Source: Elsinoe ampelina (lineage: Eukaryota). Taken from it: 64,000 bases of DNA. The DNA lies in the NCBI GenBank assembly GCA_010093995.1, contig ML992512.1, forward strand, positions 343,736 to 407,735, read 5' to 3'. Shown here piece after piece: positions 1-11,622 of this stretch; position 1 is the stretch's first letter; the number at the start of each line of letters is the position of its first letter. The position numbers were made by a program, and so were the translations under genes. Below the pieces are notes generated by a model. That model saw nothing but the letters and a program-made list of their open reading frames with translations, did not search any database and had not been told where the DNA came from.

Positions 1-201
1 GCTGGTGGCCGGCTGCTACACTTGCTCCAGCTAATGGAGGCATGGAACGTGATGGTCGTGGTGACGAGATGGTATGGTGGCGTGCACTTGGGTCCGGATA
101 GATTCCGGATCATCAACCAAGTGGCAAGGGAAGCGGTTGTCGCCGGCGATTGGGGAAAAGATGCTGCGGCGGGTAAAGGAAAGACTGGAAAGAAGAAATG
201 A
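1..201 (+). CDS. YIH1: IMPACT/Yih1 family protein, 3' end only
   Basis: Frame 1 reads AGGRLLHLLQLMEAWNVMVVVTRWYGGVHLGPDRFRIIN...KKK*, matching the UPF0029/IMPACT signature VVTRWYGG-x-LGPDRF. Confidence 0.9.
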   Translation, partial: AGGRLLHLLQLMEAWNVMVVVTRWYGGVHLGPDRFRIINQVAREAVVAGDWGKDAAAGKGKTGKKK

Positions 202-757
202 TACGCAGGATCTGCATCAAACCGAGCAGAGCTAGAAGAGCAAGCGATTCTTGCGACATCTCTCTGATCCTTTTCTGGCACCTTTCTTGCACTCTACGGG
301 GCAACATTATGACACCTGGACCCAGCATGTGCTCGTAGTACTGTCCCAGTGCCAGAAGCGGCGGCAAAGCGTGGACCAGGCTACCGCCCTAACCGAGTCG
401 ACACTCCGAAAGATATGTCAATACTGGACAGCTCCATGAGGGGTATCCTCGGAACAGAGTGACTGAGCCAGGGTAGCTCAACGAGTACGCCTTCATATTA
501 TACCGAGATAGACTCAATCTTCTATGAAACAGAACCCCGTCGCAGTCCTTGGTCGGACTGACTGGCTCTTGGAAGCACGCTGAGAGGGGACTTTAGTACG
601 GATGCACGATCTGCCTACCAAAACATGACTATGCCCAAGCCATCTGCAACATATGCACTTGACTTGGAAGTTGCTCTATACACGATCTATCGTAGTCTAG
701 GCTTGCTGGTGAATCTTCTGTTACTCTGGTGCTTGATCAATGCATCAAAGCAACACT

Positions 758-3134
758 TCACAGCTTGCTCTTGGGCGCCTCTAATTTCTCTACTTCCGCG
801 AACTGATAGTAAAACTCCAGGCTCTCCGGGTTAAGCAACGTTCCAGAAGGCTTTATCTTCTCTCCCGAAACGATACGCTTGACTGGCAACTCAACCTTCT
901 TCAGATTCACAGTAGTCTGTTTCCCGTCAGTACACCTCTCAGTCATGTTCATCTTCTCAACCTACTGGTATCTCCCACGTCTGGAAAACGTATCTCGGCA
1001 CATGCCTCCTACTCAATTCTCTCCCAATCACCTCCTTCACCCTCCCTACCAACTCCCCATCAAACCTCTTCCCCGCCCTCATCTTCAAAAACAACATGAC
1101 CCTCTCATCCGCATCCCCCTTCCTCCTCTGCCCCACGCAAATCCCATCCTCCACCTCCTCCGCGAACCACGTCTCCAACACCCCATAAATATCCGCCGAC
1201 CCAAACCTCACCCCACTAGGATTCAACACCCCATCCGCCCTCCCCAGAAAATACAACCCCCCGGTCCCAGGATGCCGATATATAAAATCCCCATGCGTCC
1301 ACACCCCCTTATACCTCCCAAAATACGCTTTACGATACTTTTCCCCGCTCTCATCCGCAAAGAAACCCGGCGGCTGATTCGGGAATCCCCTCGTGCACAC
1401 CAACTCCCCCGGCTCCCCATCCCTCACCGCCACCCCCACCACCTCCTCCCCCTCAATCGTCTGGTCATACACCTCCACCTTCAACCCCAGCCCCGGCCCC
1501 GGGCAACCCCCTAGGTACACCGGCGTAAGCGGGTTCTCCAACGCAAACGCAGCCGCCAGATCCGTGCCGCCTGCGATGTTGGCCAACTGGACACCCGGCG
1601 GGAACGAGGCGTAGAACCAAGTGAAGAGCGACTCGGGGAGGACCATGCCCGTGGACGTGACGCGGCGGAGGGAGGAGAGGTCGTAGAGGTGGTTCGGGAC
1701 GAGGGAAGCGGTGGCGAGGGTCTGCAGGTAGCGAGGGGAGATGCCGAGGTCTGTGATGCGCAGGAGGGGGACGAGGGAGAGGAAGGAGTGGGTGGTGGGC
1801 AGGAAGGGGGAGCCGTCGTAGAGGATGGCCGTGCAGCCGTGTTGGAGCGTCAGCAGGGAGGAGAGGTACATGATCCAGCCTGTCGTGGTGTATTGCAGGT
1901 TGATGCTCGAGGGCCCCAGGTCCCGGTGGAGACGCCCTTCTTTGGTGCTGCTGAGGAGCACGCCGCCGGTGGAGTGCATGATGCATTTGGGGACGCCGGT
2001 GGTGCCGCTGGAGTAGACGATGAGGAAGGGGGCGCTGAAGTCGAGGCGGGTGAAGTGGAGGGTGGAGTCGTTGTTGGCGGCGTGGAGGAAGGTGGCGAGG
2101 GTGGTGGAGCGGGGGATGTCGGTGATGGATGCTGGGGAGGAGGGGAAGCGTGGCATGAAGACGAGGCCTGAGAGTTCTTTGATGGGTTTGGCGCCGGTTT
2201 CGAGTTCTCGCATCTTGGAGCGGAGGTCGATTGTTTTGCCGTTGTAGATGGCCCAGTCGTCTACGAAGACGAATTTCGGCTTGATTTGGAGAAGGCGATC
2301 GAGTACTCCTTTGGTACCCATGTCGGTTGAGGAAGAGCTGAACATGCCGCCGAGGGCTGTGACGGCCATGAAGACGCAGAAGGTATCAACGCTGTTGGAT
2401 GAGACGACTGCAACACGATCACCAACTCCGACGCCGTGCTCGCGCATAGCATTGGTGAGTAGACCGACTTGCTTCCTCAGCTCGCCCCAAGTGACGTTCC
2501 TGATCTCGGTGCATCCTTCTCGGACTTCTGTCAAAGCGATCTTGCTGTCCTCCTTACCTTGCTTCGATCGCTTGGATGGATCCTTGGGGTCTGCTGCGAA
2601 GAGCACGTTCTCCGCAAAGTTCACGTTGACTCCCTCGAACCATTTCGGGATGGTCTCCATTGGAGCATCAGGATCGACGACTCGCTGGTATGAGCCATGA
2701 TGGATCATAGGCATGAGATGAAAGAGATCTTCCCAAAAGTCGATGCGGGAGTCTACAGACCATTTGTGAAGGTCATTGAAAGTCTGACTTACCGTCAGAT
2801 ACTGTCTGAAGAGACATTTTGTAATAGCAGGGAATGATGGGAGCAGCTAAGGAGAGAAGGCTGCTCGAGATTACAACCCGTCATGTTGGCTGTTCGAGTA
2901 TGGATTGACGTCTCGCAAACCTGCAAGACTACAAGAGCGAAGTGAAGTAGAAAATGCATGCAGAATGGGACGGGCGAGGTGGCCAAAGTCCATGATCGAG
3001 ACAGGGCATCAACCACTCACCTCCAACTTGACACCTCTCTTCTTCTCAACCTCCTTCATGAACCACCATATTTGGGTGCTCTTCGGATTGGGATGCTCCC
3101 AGAGCTTCTTGGGCATCTCTGTGATCGTCGTCAT
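758..3134 (-). CDS. Acetoacetyl-CoA synthetase (AMP-binding family), 3 exons
   Basis: Motifs WFEGVNVNFAEN, YSSGTTGVPKCI, WTHGDF and GRADGVLNPSGVRFGSADIY. Exon 1 is MTTITEMPKKLWEHPNPKST (3134-3021), followed by a long first intron. The last exon reads KKVELPVKRIVSG...NPESLEFY. Confidence 0.92.
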
Positions 3135-4720
3135 GGTGACTTGTCCTTGCCCTCGCTACCGATAGACTGGAATGCCGCCGGTATACTTGGCCAGCCCTAC
3201 TCAAGTCTCCAAGCGTCAAAGATGTCGTGATGCCTAAGAATGGTGAAACGTCGAGTTACCAGACTCCAGAAATGCCGGACCCTGTATGATGGCTACGTCA
3301 CTCTGCTTAGGTCTTGTGTTTCATATGTTCTTGGAGTCATGCAGAAGTGACCGTCGAGTCTGAATCACGATACCGAATGACCGGAAGTCGGGAATACCTT
3401 AGGTCGTCAACTGCAGCTCGTCACTTGGCCAAGTCGAATGACGGTATGGCTGCTTCAGATGTAGGTTGTCAAGTGTCAGACCAACAGTGGAGGATGGCGG
3501 GGAATGGAATGGCTGAGGTGCAACTCAGATGCGGGGCAGCCATCGAGATCCTCGGCGATTGGCATTCATCGCGGCTGCTTTCGGGTGCATGTTCGGCTTC
3601 AATAATTCTTGCATCAAAATTATCTTGAGTCTTGAGTGTCAGGTCAAGCTCAGAATGCCAGTCGAATGCGAGGTCTTCCTGGAGCCTACTTGTTTCACGT
3701 CTGTCTCTCTAGCCGAGTTCGTACACTACGATGATCTCGTTCTTGCATTTGCTGTTGTTGGGAGACCGGCGATATTCTCAACAGCCTCGCCATTGATCCT
3801 TCTGCGACTCTCATTCTGGATACGTCACGATGGCAGGTCTGGAGTATATCCATTCCGATCGGATACTGAAGGTCGCTTTCCAGGATGCTGGAATCCAGGC
3901 TCCAGCAGACGACTTTGCCTGAAGCTTGCAAGCCCAACAACTCCATCTCATTTGTTGTGATACCATTAAGCACCGCATGGACTTGATGATCATATCTCAT
4001 TCGCCATTAGTCTCGTCTACAGGCGACTTGGCGCATCAGCTGGCGAGAAGATCCTCCCGTCTATGCGGCTCTGCAGGGGCTCAGCGGGTCCTTGTAGATC
4101 ATTACGGATATCAAGTCCGACTTTCATGTCTAAAGCTTCACGTGGGCAAGCGACCTTTGTTGATTGCAGTCCCAGCCTTGCGAAGCATCTGGTAGGTTTT
4201 TCCTACATGCAGAACGACGCTTGAACGCGTCATATCTGTTACAGCAGCTGGTAAGATCTTCGCACAGGTTTCGAAGCTCTCGGCGAGCACCCTTGAACAT
4301 GGAAGTATATGCTCCGATCACTTCGCTTTTTTACCTCCTGGAAACATGATAGACGCGAGTGCAACATTGAGTGCATAGATCCAACTGAAGATGCTCCATG
4401 ATCCTTGTCGAAGGAGCGAAACTCTCGCCAAAGACTGCGAAATGTGGCAAGATATGTCCATGATCTTTCCAATTCGACTGCTTCGGACGATGAGATGGAA
4501 GCGAATGCAACAGCGAGAGAAGAAGATCTCCAAGCACAGGCATGACATCGCTATCTTCAGCTCGAGGAGCGAAGACTGCTCGACCAGAGGCATAACGGTA
4601 TAAGTATCTCCATGTCGTCCACACTTGTTTGGAATCATCAAGCACCATCTCATCTCCAAACAACACAAAGAAACAACACACCTTTCAGACTTCTTCAGTC
4701 TTCAGTCCAACATCGCAAAC

Positions 4721-5009
4721 ATGCAGTTCACCACTTCCATCATCTCCCTCATTGCCTTCGTCGGCGCCACCGCCTACGCCGCTCCGTCTCCTCAAGTCGA
4801 CGCAGGCTGCACCGCCTCCTGCGCTGTCTGGAACGGCTGCCGCGTCGTCAACGCCTTCCCAGGTGGCAATATCAACAACTGGTGAGTGCCAGACTCCCAC
4901 AGACAAGCAGTCTTACAAGAGAGAAAGCTAATATCATTCCAGTGGTCCCGAGCCAAGCCGTTGCAACTGCCAGCAATTCGCCGATACCGCCAGGGCTGCC
5001 ATTGCTTGA
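4721..5009 (+). CDS. Small secreted cysteine-rich protein (75 aa, 6 Cys), effector-like
   Basis: Signal peptide MQFTTSIISLIAFVGATAYA. Intron 4882-4942 (GTGAGT...GCTAAT...CAG) joins the frame to CGPEPSRCNCQQFADTARAAIA*. Confidence 0.8.
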
Positions 5010-6427
5010 AGCCAGTAGGAGGTTCTTTCGAGAGACACTGTGGAGACTTTTTCTTCTTGAGGATGATTGTTGAGATGCCATGGCAGGGAAAAGACGGAGA
5101 AGGACATGTACACTAAGATGTAACACTTACGCTCGCTGAATGATCAAACCTCGTGCACCACCATCTTCTCCGTGATCATGGCTAGATATCATCTCCGAGA
5201 CAGATCCAACGAGTAGGTGCCTAAGTCGTCAGACGGCCGAGGCTTGAAGCTGCCATCCCTAATATCTGCTCGCTGGGACTCGTTATACCCTTGTCAGGCC
5301 AAAGTACAAAGATGCTATTCTGCCTGAGTACCGGCCATTCTGCCAGTGATTAGCGTTGCCCAAGTCCAGTGGAACATCCGCTCAGCAATCACAACCACCT
5401 CGGCAGACCCTTCTCCCCCATCGAGTATCTCCCAGCGTCCATCAAACACCTCCTCTACCTGAACGAACACCAGTGTCACAGCAAAGTGGCAAACAGGGAT
5501 ACCTCAAACCTCAACCCCAACCTCGGCAAAGCCCCCCTTCCCCCCATCATCCAAGGCACGCACGTATCCGACTGACCCAACACTGTCTCCATCTCAAATG
5601 TTCAGTCCACTCCCATCTCGCAATGACGTATCCCTCCCAACCTCTCGTCCCCAGCTACTCAACGACATCATCATCGCCATCGCCCCCAGGATGAAGAGTA
5701 GAGATCGAAAACCCGGTCCCCGAGCCCACCTCTAATTCTCCAACCCCGAGAATCCCACGGTTCCACCTTCTGAGCTCGTCCCGTCGCATCCGTGCGGCAA
5801 CCAAGCAACGCGGGGAAAAGCCCACTCATTTAGCCTTGGCCTTAGTCCCGTCCCAGAAACGGTCCCGGTGTGCATCGCGCCCAATCGGAGCACGCGACGC
5901 GGTTCGCTCATGTCTGGGCTTCTTTTCGTGCCGGGATCAGAGGACTGGGATGGGGATCGGCGCTGGGAGAGTGATGGGACGGAGGGAGATCGGGCGGGAT
6001 GGGAGGGGATCGGCAGGGGGATGGGGCCACATTAATATACGGGAAGGTGAGGGTGGGATGATGGGTTTGGGCAGAGTGGTACGGGGGGCTGGTGGATACT
6101 TGATCATGGAGGCGGAGAGAGAGGGGAATGGAGCATAGTACATGGTAATGCATTGTGTTGCATCGACTACTAGACTAAGATCTGCGGCAAAGGGCAGTGG
6201 AGCGAGTGGTGCTAGTTGGGGTATCTTCGTGTTTCGTACAGGTTCGTAAAAGAAAGAATAGTGGTTGGTTGGTTGATTTGAGGGCGAGGATGAAATGTTG
6301 CGGCCGCCGGTGAATGGTTTGTTGAAAAATGCCTGCGCGGTTGGGTAAAGATAGCGACAGAAATGTACTGGGTATCATAGTTTGGTTTGTCGACTTTGGG
6401 GCCGTGTGGTGATCATATTATCCCCGT

Positions 6428-7399
6428 TTAGTGGACATTGAGGCCGACACGGCTGTCAACTCGTCGAAGCTTGTGGCTGAGAAACTTGGACTTGCCAGCG
6501 TCCCTCCAGATCGAACGTGGTGGGATAGGCCTTGCTGTCAATGGTGCGTCGTCGATAGGTGTGGAGGTCAGATTGGTTGAGGATCGCATGTGTTCCGAGA
6601 AGAGAGGAGGTAGTTGTGGTACATGCTTGAGATTCTCGTGCTCCGAGTCAACATTCATTGATGCTGAGCGTTTGGGGAAGAGTCGAAGCCTGGAGCTCAT
6701 CTTGGACTTGAAGCTGTTGTTCTGGCTCTCGCTATTGTCACGATAGTGGAAGCGGCGCTCTTGCTCGAAGGAAGACTTGGGTGTGTCTGGTGTCGAAGGA
6801 GATCCGTCAGAAGTAGGGGTGGAAGATCCATCCTCCTCGTCCAGGATAGGTGTCGATGGCTCAGATGACTTGCCAGAGCGCTTGTCATAGGATGATTCCT
6901 CGCTGTCACTGCTGGCCGAGGGAGAGAATGACCGCTTGTAGTTCTTTGGTGGTTGAATGGGAGAGATGAATGGCCTCTCTACGGGTCGTCGAACGATCAT
7001 CTGGCTGGCACGCTTGAAGACGGGCTTCTCCGCCCTCATGAGGTCGACAATGGAAGGTCGTCCAGGTTGGAGGTAGCGTACTGCTTGTGCCTGCTGGCAC
7101 TCTGCTTCGAAAATGCTCTCGACATCGGACTGGGCATCGGCATAGGTCGACTCCACATCCGAATCGCTGTAGTATGAATATATTGATTCTGCCATGTTGC
7201 TTGCAAGTGGCAATGTGTTTGCCAGGGTTTGCTCAATTGCAACACAGTCAGGTACTTCAGGTACGGCGGACGTATCTGAAGATAGAATGCAAGGTTGAGT
7301 AATTGCAGACGAGGACAGACCTGTATGGGAAGAGGCTGCTAGTTGTATTAAGTGTTCTTGCGGCGTTTCAGGAAGGGCGGTGCGCGAGTCGGAATCCAT
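6428..7399 (-). CDS. Hypothetical Ser/Pro-rich, probably disordered protein (start uncertain)
   Basis: Long open frame with its first plausible ATG at MDSDSRT. Low-complexity S/P/E content; no family recognised. Confidence 0.6.
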   Translation of the reverse strand: MDSDSRTALPETPQEHLIQLAASSHTGLSSSAITQPCILSSDTSAVPEVPDCVAIEQTLANTLPLASNMAESIYSYYSDSDVESTYADAQSDVESIFEAECQQAQAVRYLQPGRPSIVDLMRAEKPVFKRASQMIVRRPVERPFISPIQPPKNYKRSFSPSASSDSEESSYDKRSGKSSEPSTPILDEEDGSSTPTSDGSPSTPDTPKSSFEQERRFHYRDNSESQNNSFKSKMSSRLRLFPKRSASMNVDSEHENLKHVPQLPPLFSEHMRSSTNLTSTPIDDAPLTARPIPPRSIWRDAGKSKFLSHKLRRVDSRVGLNVH

Positions 7400-10327
7400 C
7401 TTGGAGGGACCCTTTATGATAGGTGTTCGGAAAGTGGGATGTGCCTCGGACCACGTCGCTGAATCTAGTGGAAAGTTTTCTCCAATGACGACCGTCGGTA
7501 CTGGACGAGGAGCTGAAGAAAAGCTACGTTGTATGTGAGACGAGGTGAGTTGAGAGGGCGAGGCGGGTTTCTCAGACCTCGAGAGGGCTGAAGGGGAAAC
7601 GCAACAGGCCAGATCGAAGAAAGGCGAGATGGATTGCGAGCCTGCCGATCCTTGAGAGAGAAAGACGACGTGACACCGGCGACAGTGCGACAGACCTTGC
7701 AGTCTTCCTCTCGCCTGGCGAGCTGTTTCAGGAACGGAGTCAGGGCGTCTCAAGACCTTGGGACGTGGAGAAAGCATCAAATATGAAGCAGCCAGGGCTC
7801 CAGATTGGCTTTTTTGTAGCGTCACTGCGTTTTGGGCACGTTCGCCAAAAAATGCAGACCGGATGCAAATGCAACGTGCAGGGTGGACGAGCAAACGGCT
7901 GCACAGCACTCCAGCCGCTTCCCACACAATCCACACCGGTGTAGTCACAGAAGGAATGGCGAGGCAAGGCGAAAGGTGTACACTTCCTCAAGGCCAGGCA
8001 TCGCAGGATTTCGAGGCTCCTTGCTGGGTCTCTCCATCACCACCCTCTCCCCCATGATCCATCCCTCCCGCCATCAGGCTATGTTGATATTGATGCCGCG
8101 TCTTGGTCTTTGGTCGCGAGGCACAACACAGTTCATCCCAATCTCTCGTTATCACTGCGAGATGATGCGTTTATCCAGCGACCACCTCTATTGGCCCCGC
8201 ACTCTGTTACTGTACCAAGATGCTAAACGACTCGGAGCTGCACTCCATCTGACCGATTTCCCATGCATGCCGCTGGAGCCACGGCCAAGCACGCTTTGCT
8301 CGCTCAGCTCTCTACTGTACAGTAGTAGCCGTGAGCCGCCTTTGGTGATCTGCGAGCAAACCGACTTTTGGTTCGTTTCATCAAATCCAGAGCTTCTTCT
8401 CTCGCCCGTTCCTGCCGATCGGTCCTACAGGGCTCCGCATCCACACCTGTCTGTTTCATCCAAACATCCAGTGGAAATTATTCCGTTCCCACTGGTCGTC
8501 CTTTATCGCCGCTCGTCATCTTCTCGATATCACCGGCCGAGCACTCATCAGTGGCTGTTAGACCACGACAGTCAGACTGCAGGACTGGTAGCACAAACGG
8601 TCTCCTTGACATCATATCTGCCATTCAAACTATTCTCGTCGTCCTCGTCCGTTTTTCGACCGTCTGTACCGATCCCAGGCAAGGCGCGTTTGCCCTCTGG
8701 AACCGTTTCTCACCCTTGCACGCGCAGTCGCGTCGCACCGCATTTTCACCATCACCAGAAAACTTACTCAGCTTCACCCCAAAACGGTGCGTCGACAGTC
8801 AGCCAGCGTGAGAAACTGTTCAGCATCACGCACTCTCACCGGCCCCTTTCGTTTCACCATCTCAGCGCGATGTGCTATTCCCATCCTGTCGTTTTGGGGC
8901 CAAGCTTGCCCTCGCCGCATCGCTGCGTATTCGAGCAATGCGCTGCGCCACGTCTCGGAACACAACGCGGTTCTCTCGATATCTCATTTTGTCAGGTCAT
9001 TGCCAGGGCAGTAGGTTTCTGTGTTCACATCCTATAATACTCGTAGGTCCACAAAAGGCATTGGGTTTGGAGCTGGGGGAAGGTGTATAGGCTGCTCGCG
9101 CCAAGCCGGCGAGATACAATAGTAGGCCCGTGTTATTCCCTTCGAAGCTCTTTGGCGCTGACAACTTTCCCCGCCTTCATGACTTTATCACCGCATGATC
9201 TTGTGTGTTGCACATCCTGCCATGTGCCGTAGAGACCCTCGCAACGCTAGCAAGGCCCAGATGTCGGATCCTAAACCAATGATACCTGTCAATTGTGGCG
9301 ATCCGGACGGGATACTGGAGATCCGAGATCCCTGTCAGATCTCAGCCGCACCCTGAGCGACGCCTGCCTCTTGCGGGGATATCACTGGACGCCATACACT
9401 ATCGCAGAATTGAGGAAAATGCCATTTGCCCGTCATCTTCTCTCCTTTCTCTCTTCCAAGCTTCTTTACGCTTTACCACGGGCCCGCATCACTCATAGCA
9501 TCTCCTTGGCGATTGGCTGGGCCGGGTTTCCGAACGCCACTGCATCGCTAAGAGACACGTAGGGATGGCAGATCCACCACTCGATCAACTTCAGTCTTGT
9601 CGTAAGGCAGATCATCCGTGCTGCCGTATTGTGCTTTCGTCGACGGCACCATGCCAGCTCGCTGGACGAGGGACTACTGACTTGGCTTGAATCGAAGCCA
9701 GGATGGGCTTCAAGGAACACCTTCCAGCAGAACTCGTCAGCTTGCAAGAAAGTCTTGTACATTGTACCCCTGTCTGTGACCGTAAGTGACGCAGGTATCT
9801 TATTATCTTCAACGGCAACACATTGTGAACCGCGGCCGCAGCATCCTTCTGGCGAGTGGACTAGACTGACTCTCAACCCACAGCTTTAATTGATGCTTCA
9901 TCCTTCTGCTTGCTTTCCCTTCTCATTAGCACCGTAAAAGAGCGCCCCTACTTGGCATTTGATCCTTCATCACACATGTTCCGGACGGAAGCATTTATCC
10001 CGTCCTATGACACTCCAGTTGGACACCAGAAAGATGCGGATAAGCAGATTCAGCGGACCAGACACCATCTCGGTCGCGCCAATGAAGCATGACAAGCGGG
10101 TTCCGGCTCGCGGATGCTTTAGACATCCGGCGACGAGGAGGGAGACAAGGCATCAGCGACGTCGAGGTTGCAGGACATTCAGCAAGACGAAGCAGAGGAC
10201 ACAGAGGATCAAGTCGTCTATAAAGATCCAGCCCCAACCCGAGGAAAACGACAGAACAACACCTTCGAAACCACCAACCTCAAGCACTCCAAGCACTCCA
10301 GCAAACCCCAACCACCCACCGGCAACA

Positions 10328-10639
10328 ATGCACTTCCCGACCCTCGCCACCGCAGCCCTCGGCCTCCTCGCCATCACTCCAGCCAGCGCAAAGTGCCTCA
10401 ACGGCCCCAAGCGAGCCGGCGACGTCTGTCTCGGTACCAACGAGGGCAACACTGTCTGCGGGCCCGGTGGAGACGGCAACATTGTACGTGCCAAGGTCAG
10501 GGGGGTTGGGACACTCGCTGATATTTCATAGCTCAAGTGTGTCCTCGCCGGCAGTCGTTTCATCTGGAGGATCGATGGGAATCGCTGTAACCCTGGGGGA
10601 TGCAGTAACTGCTCATGCAAAAAGGGTCGCGTTGCCTAG
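10328..10639 (+). CDS. Small secreted cysteine-rich protein (87 aa, 8 Cys), effector/antimicrobial-like
   Basis: Signal peptide MHFPTLATAALGLLAITPASA. Intron 10484-10531 (GTACGT...GCTGAT...TAG). Exon 2 reads LKCVLAGSRFIWRIDGNRCNPGGCSNCSCKKGRVA*. Confidence 0.82.
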
Positions 10640-11622
10640 GAAGTCCAGCGATGGGTAGGGAGGTTACCTTCACGAGGAGTAGACTGTTTAGGATATATAT
10701 CTATCCGTCCGCTCCTTAATCGATTTTGTGCCATGACCTACTTCGAACACCAAGGGTGGTGATCCTTGAAGTGACAGACCATCTCGATTCTATGGTGAGC
10801 GAGAACGCTGCCCATGAATGTTTGCTCCGACTACTGCTGATGTGGCAATCGAGTGACTGACACATTTTCCTCACCATCTCCGTTGCCGGAAGGAGCCGAT
10901 CGTGAATTCGGGGGGCTCAGTTTAACCATTTCCTTGGGGTCTCGCCGGCCAGTCCAATGATCGCTCCCCGCAAAAATTCACCACCACAATTCAGGCCTCT
11001 TTGCCCGCCCGGCATGCTCTCGTCGTGTGTCCGTCCCCTGGCTCGTCACGTTCGTGCTACTCCGCCCCATGCCGCAAGTCTCCTCCCCCCAGGCCTCCAG
11101 CTCGCGCTCCGTCCGCGGTATAAACACCCCTTCAGCCCCAGCTATCGAGGGCGCAGGTTTCAACTCTCTCTCCCCCCCTCTCGTCCTCACTATGAACCCT
11201 CTTCTCCTGAGCCCAAGCTCAAGCTCAAGCTCAAATCCAACATCCAGCCCGTCCAGACGCCGACCTGGAGTCGCCTATTCACCCTGCAGACGGCCCACCC
11301 CCGTCATGCGTGTCCGTTTCACACGGTGGAAATCCTGCTCACCTGCCGACTTGCATCTCCAGCGCGCGATGTGCGTGGCCAGATGTCATCGCCCCGTTGA
11401 GCTTTGTTTCTCCTTGGACCGGCATTGGCGTCGGGAGCGTGCGTGCATGCGTGGCCCGCGCGCGATCTGTCATGCAAGGTGTGGTGGTACGAGCGCGTGG
11501 GGCGTGCAGGGTGCAGGGGAGGACCCCCTCGCTTGTGAAGAAGTGGTCACTGGACGATGGGGAGGTTTGGGTACAGTAGGGCTATGTACAGGGTGGTGCA
11601 GAAAGGTAGCTATATTTTTGGA

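Noticed and set aside
879..2700. Several long + strand ORFs
   Set aside because: Antisense shadows of the acetoacetyl-CoA synthetase CDS, favoured by GC-rich skewed sequence.
3300..4600. Possible decayed gene or transposon in the intergenic gap
   Set aside because: I could not recognise any domain, terminal repeat or consistent frame.
7832..9037. 401-aa + strand ORF
   Set aside because: No recognisable motif or coding-like composition; it lies in the upstream region of the minus-strand gene and is likely a chance ORF.
11215..11234. (AAGCTC)3 microsatellite
   Set aside because: Too short to be meaningful.
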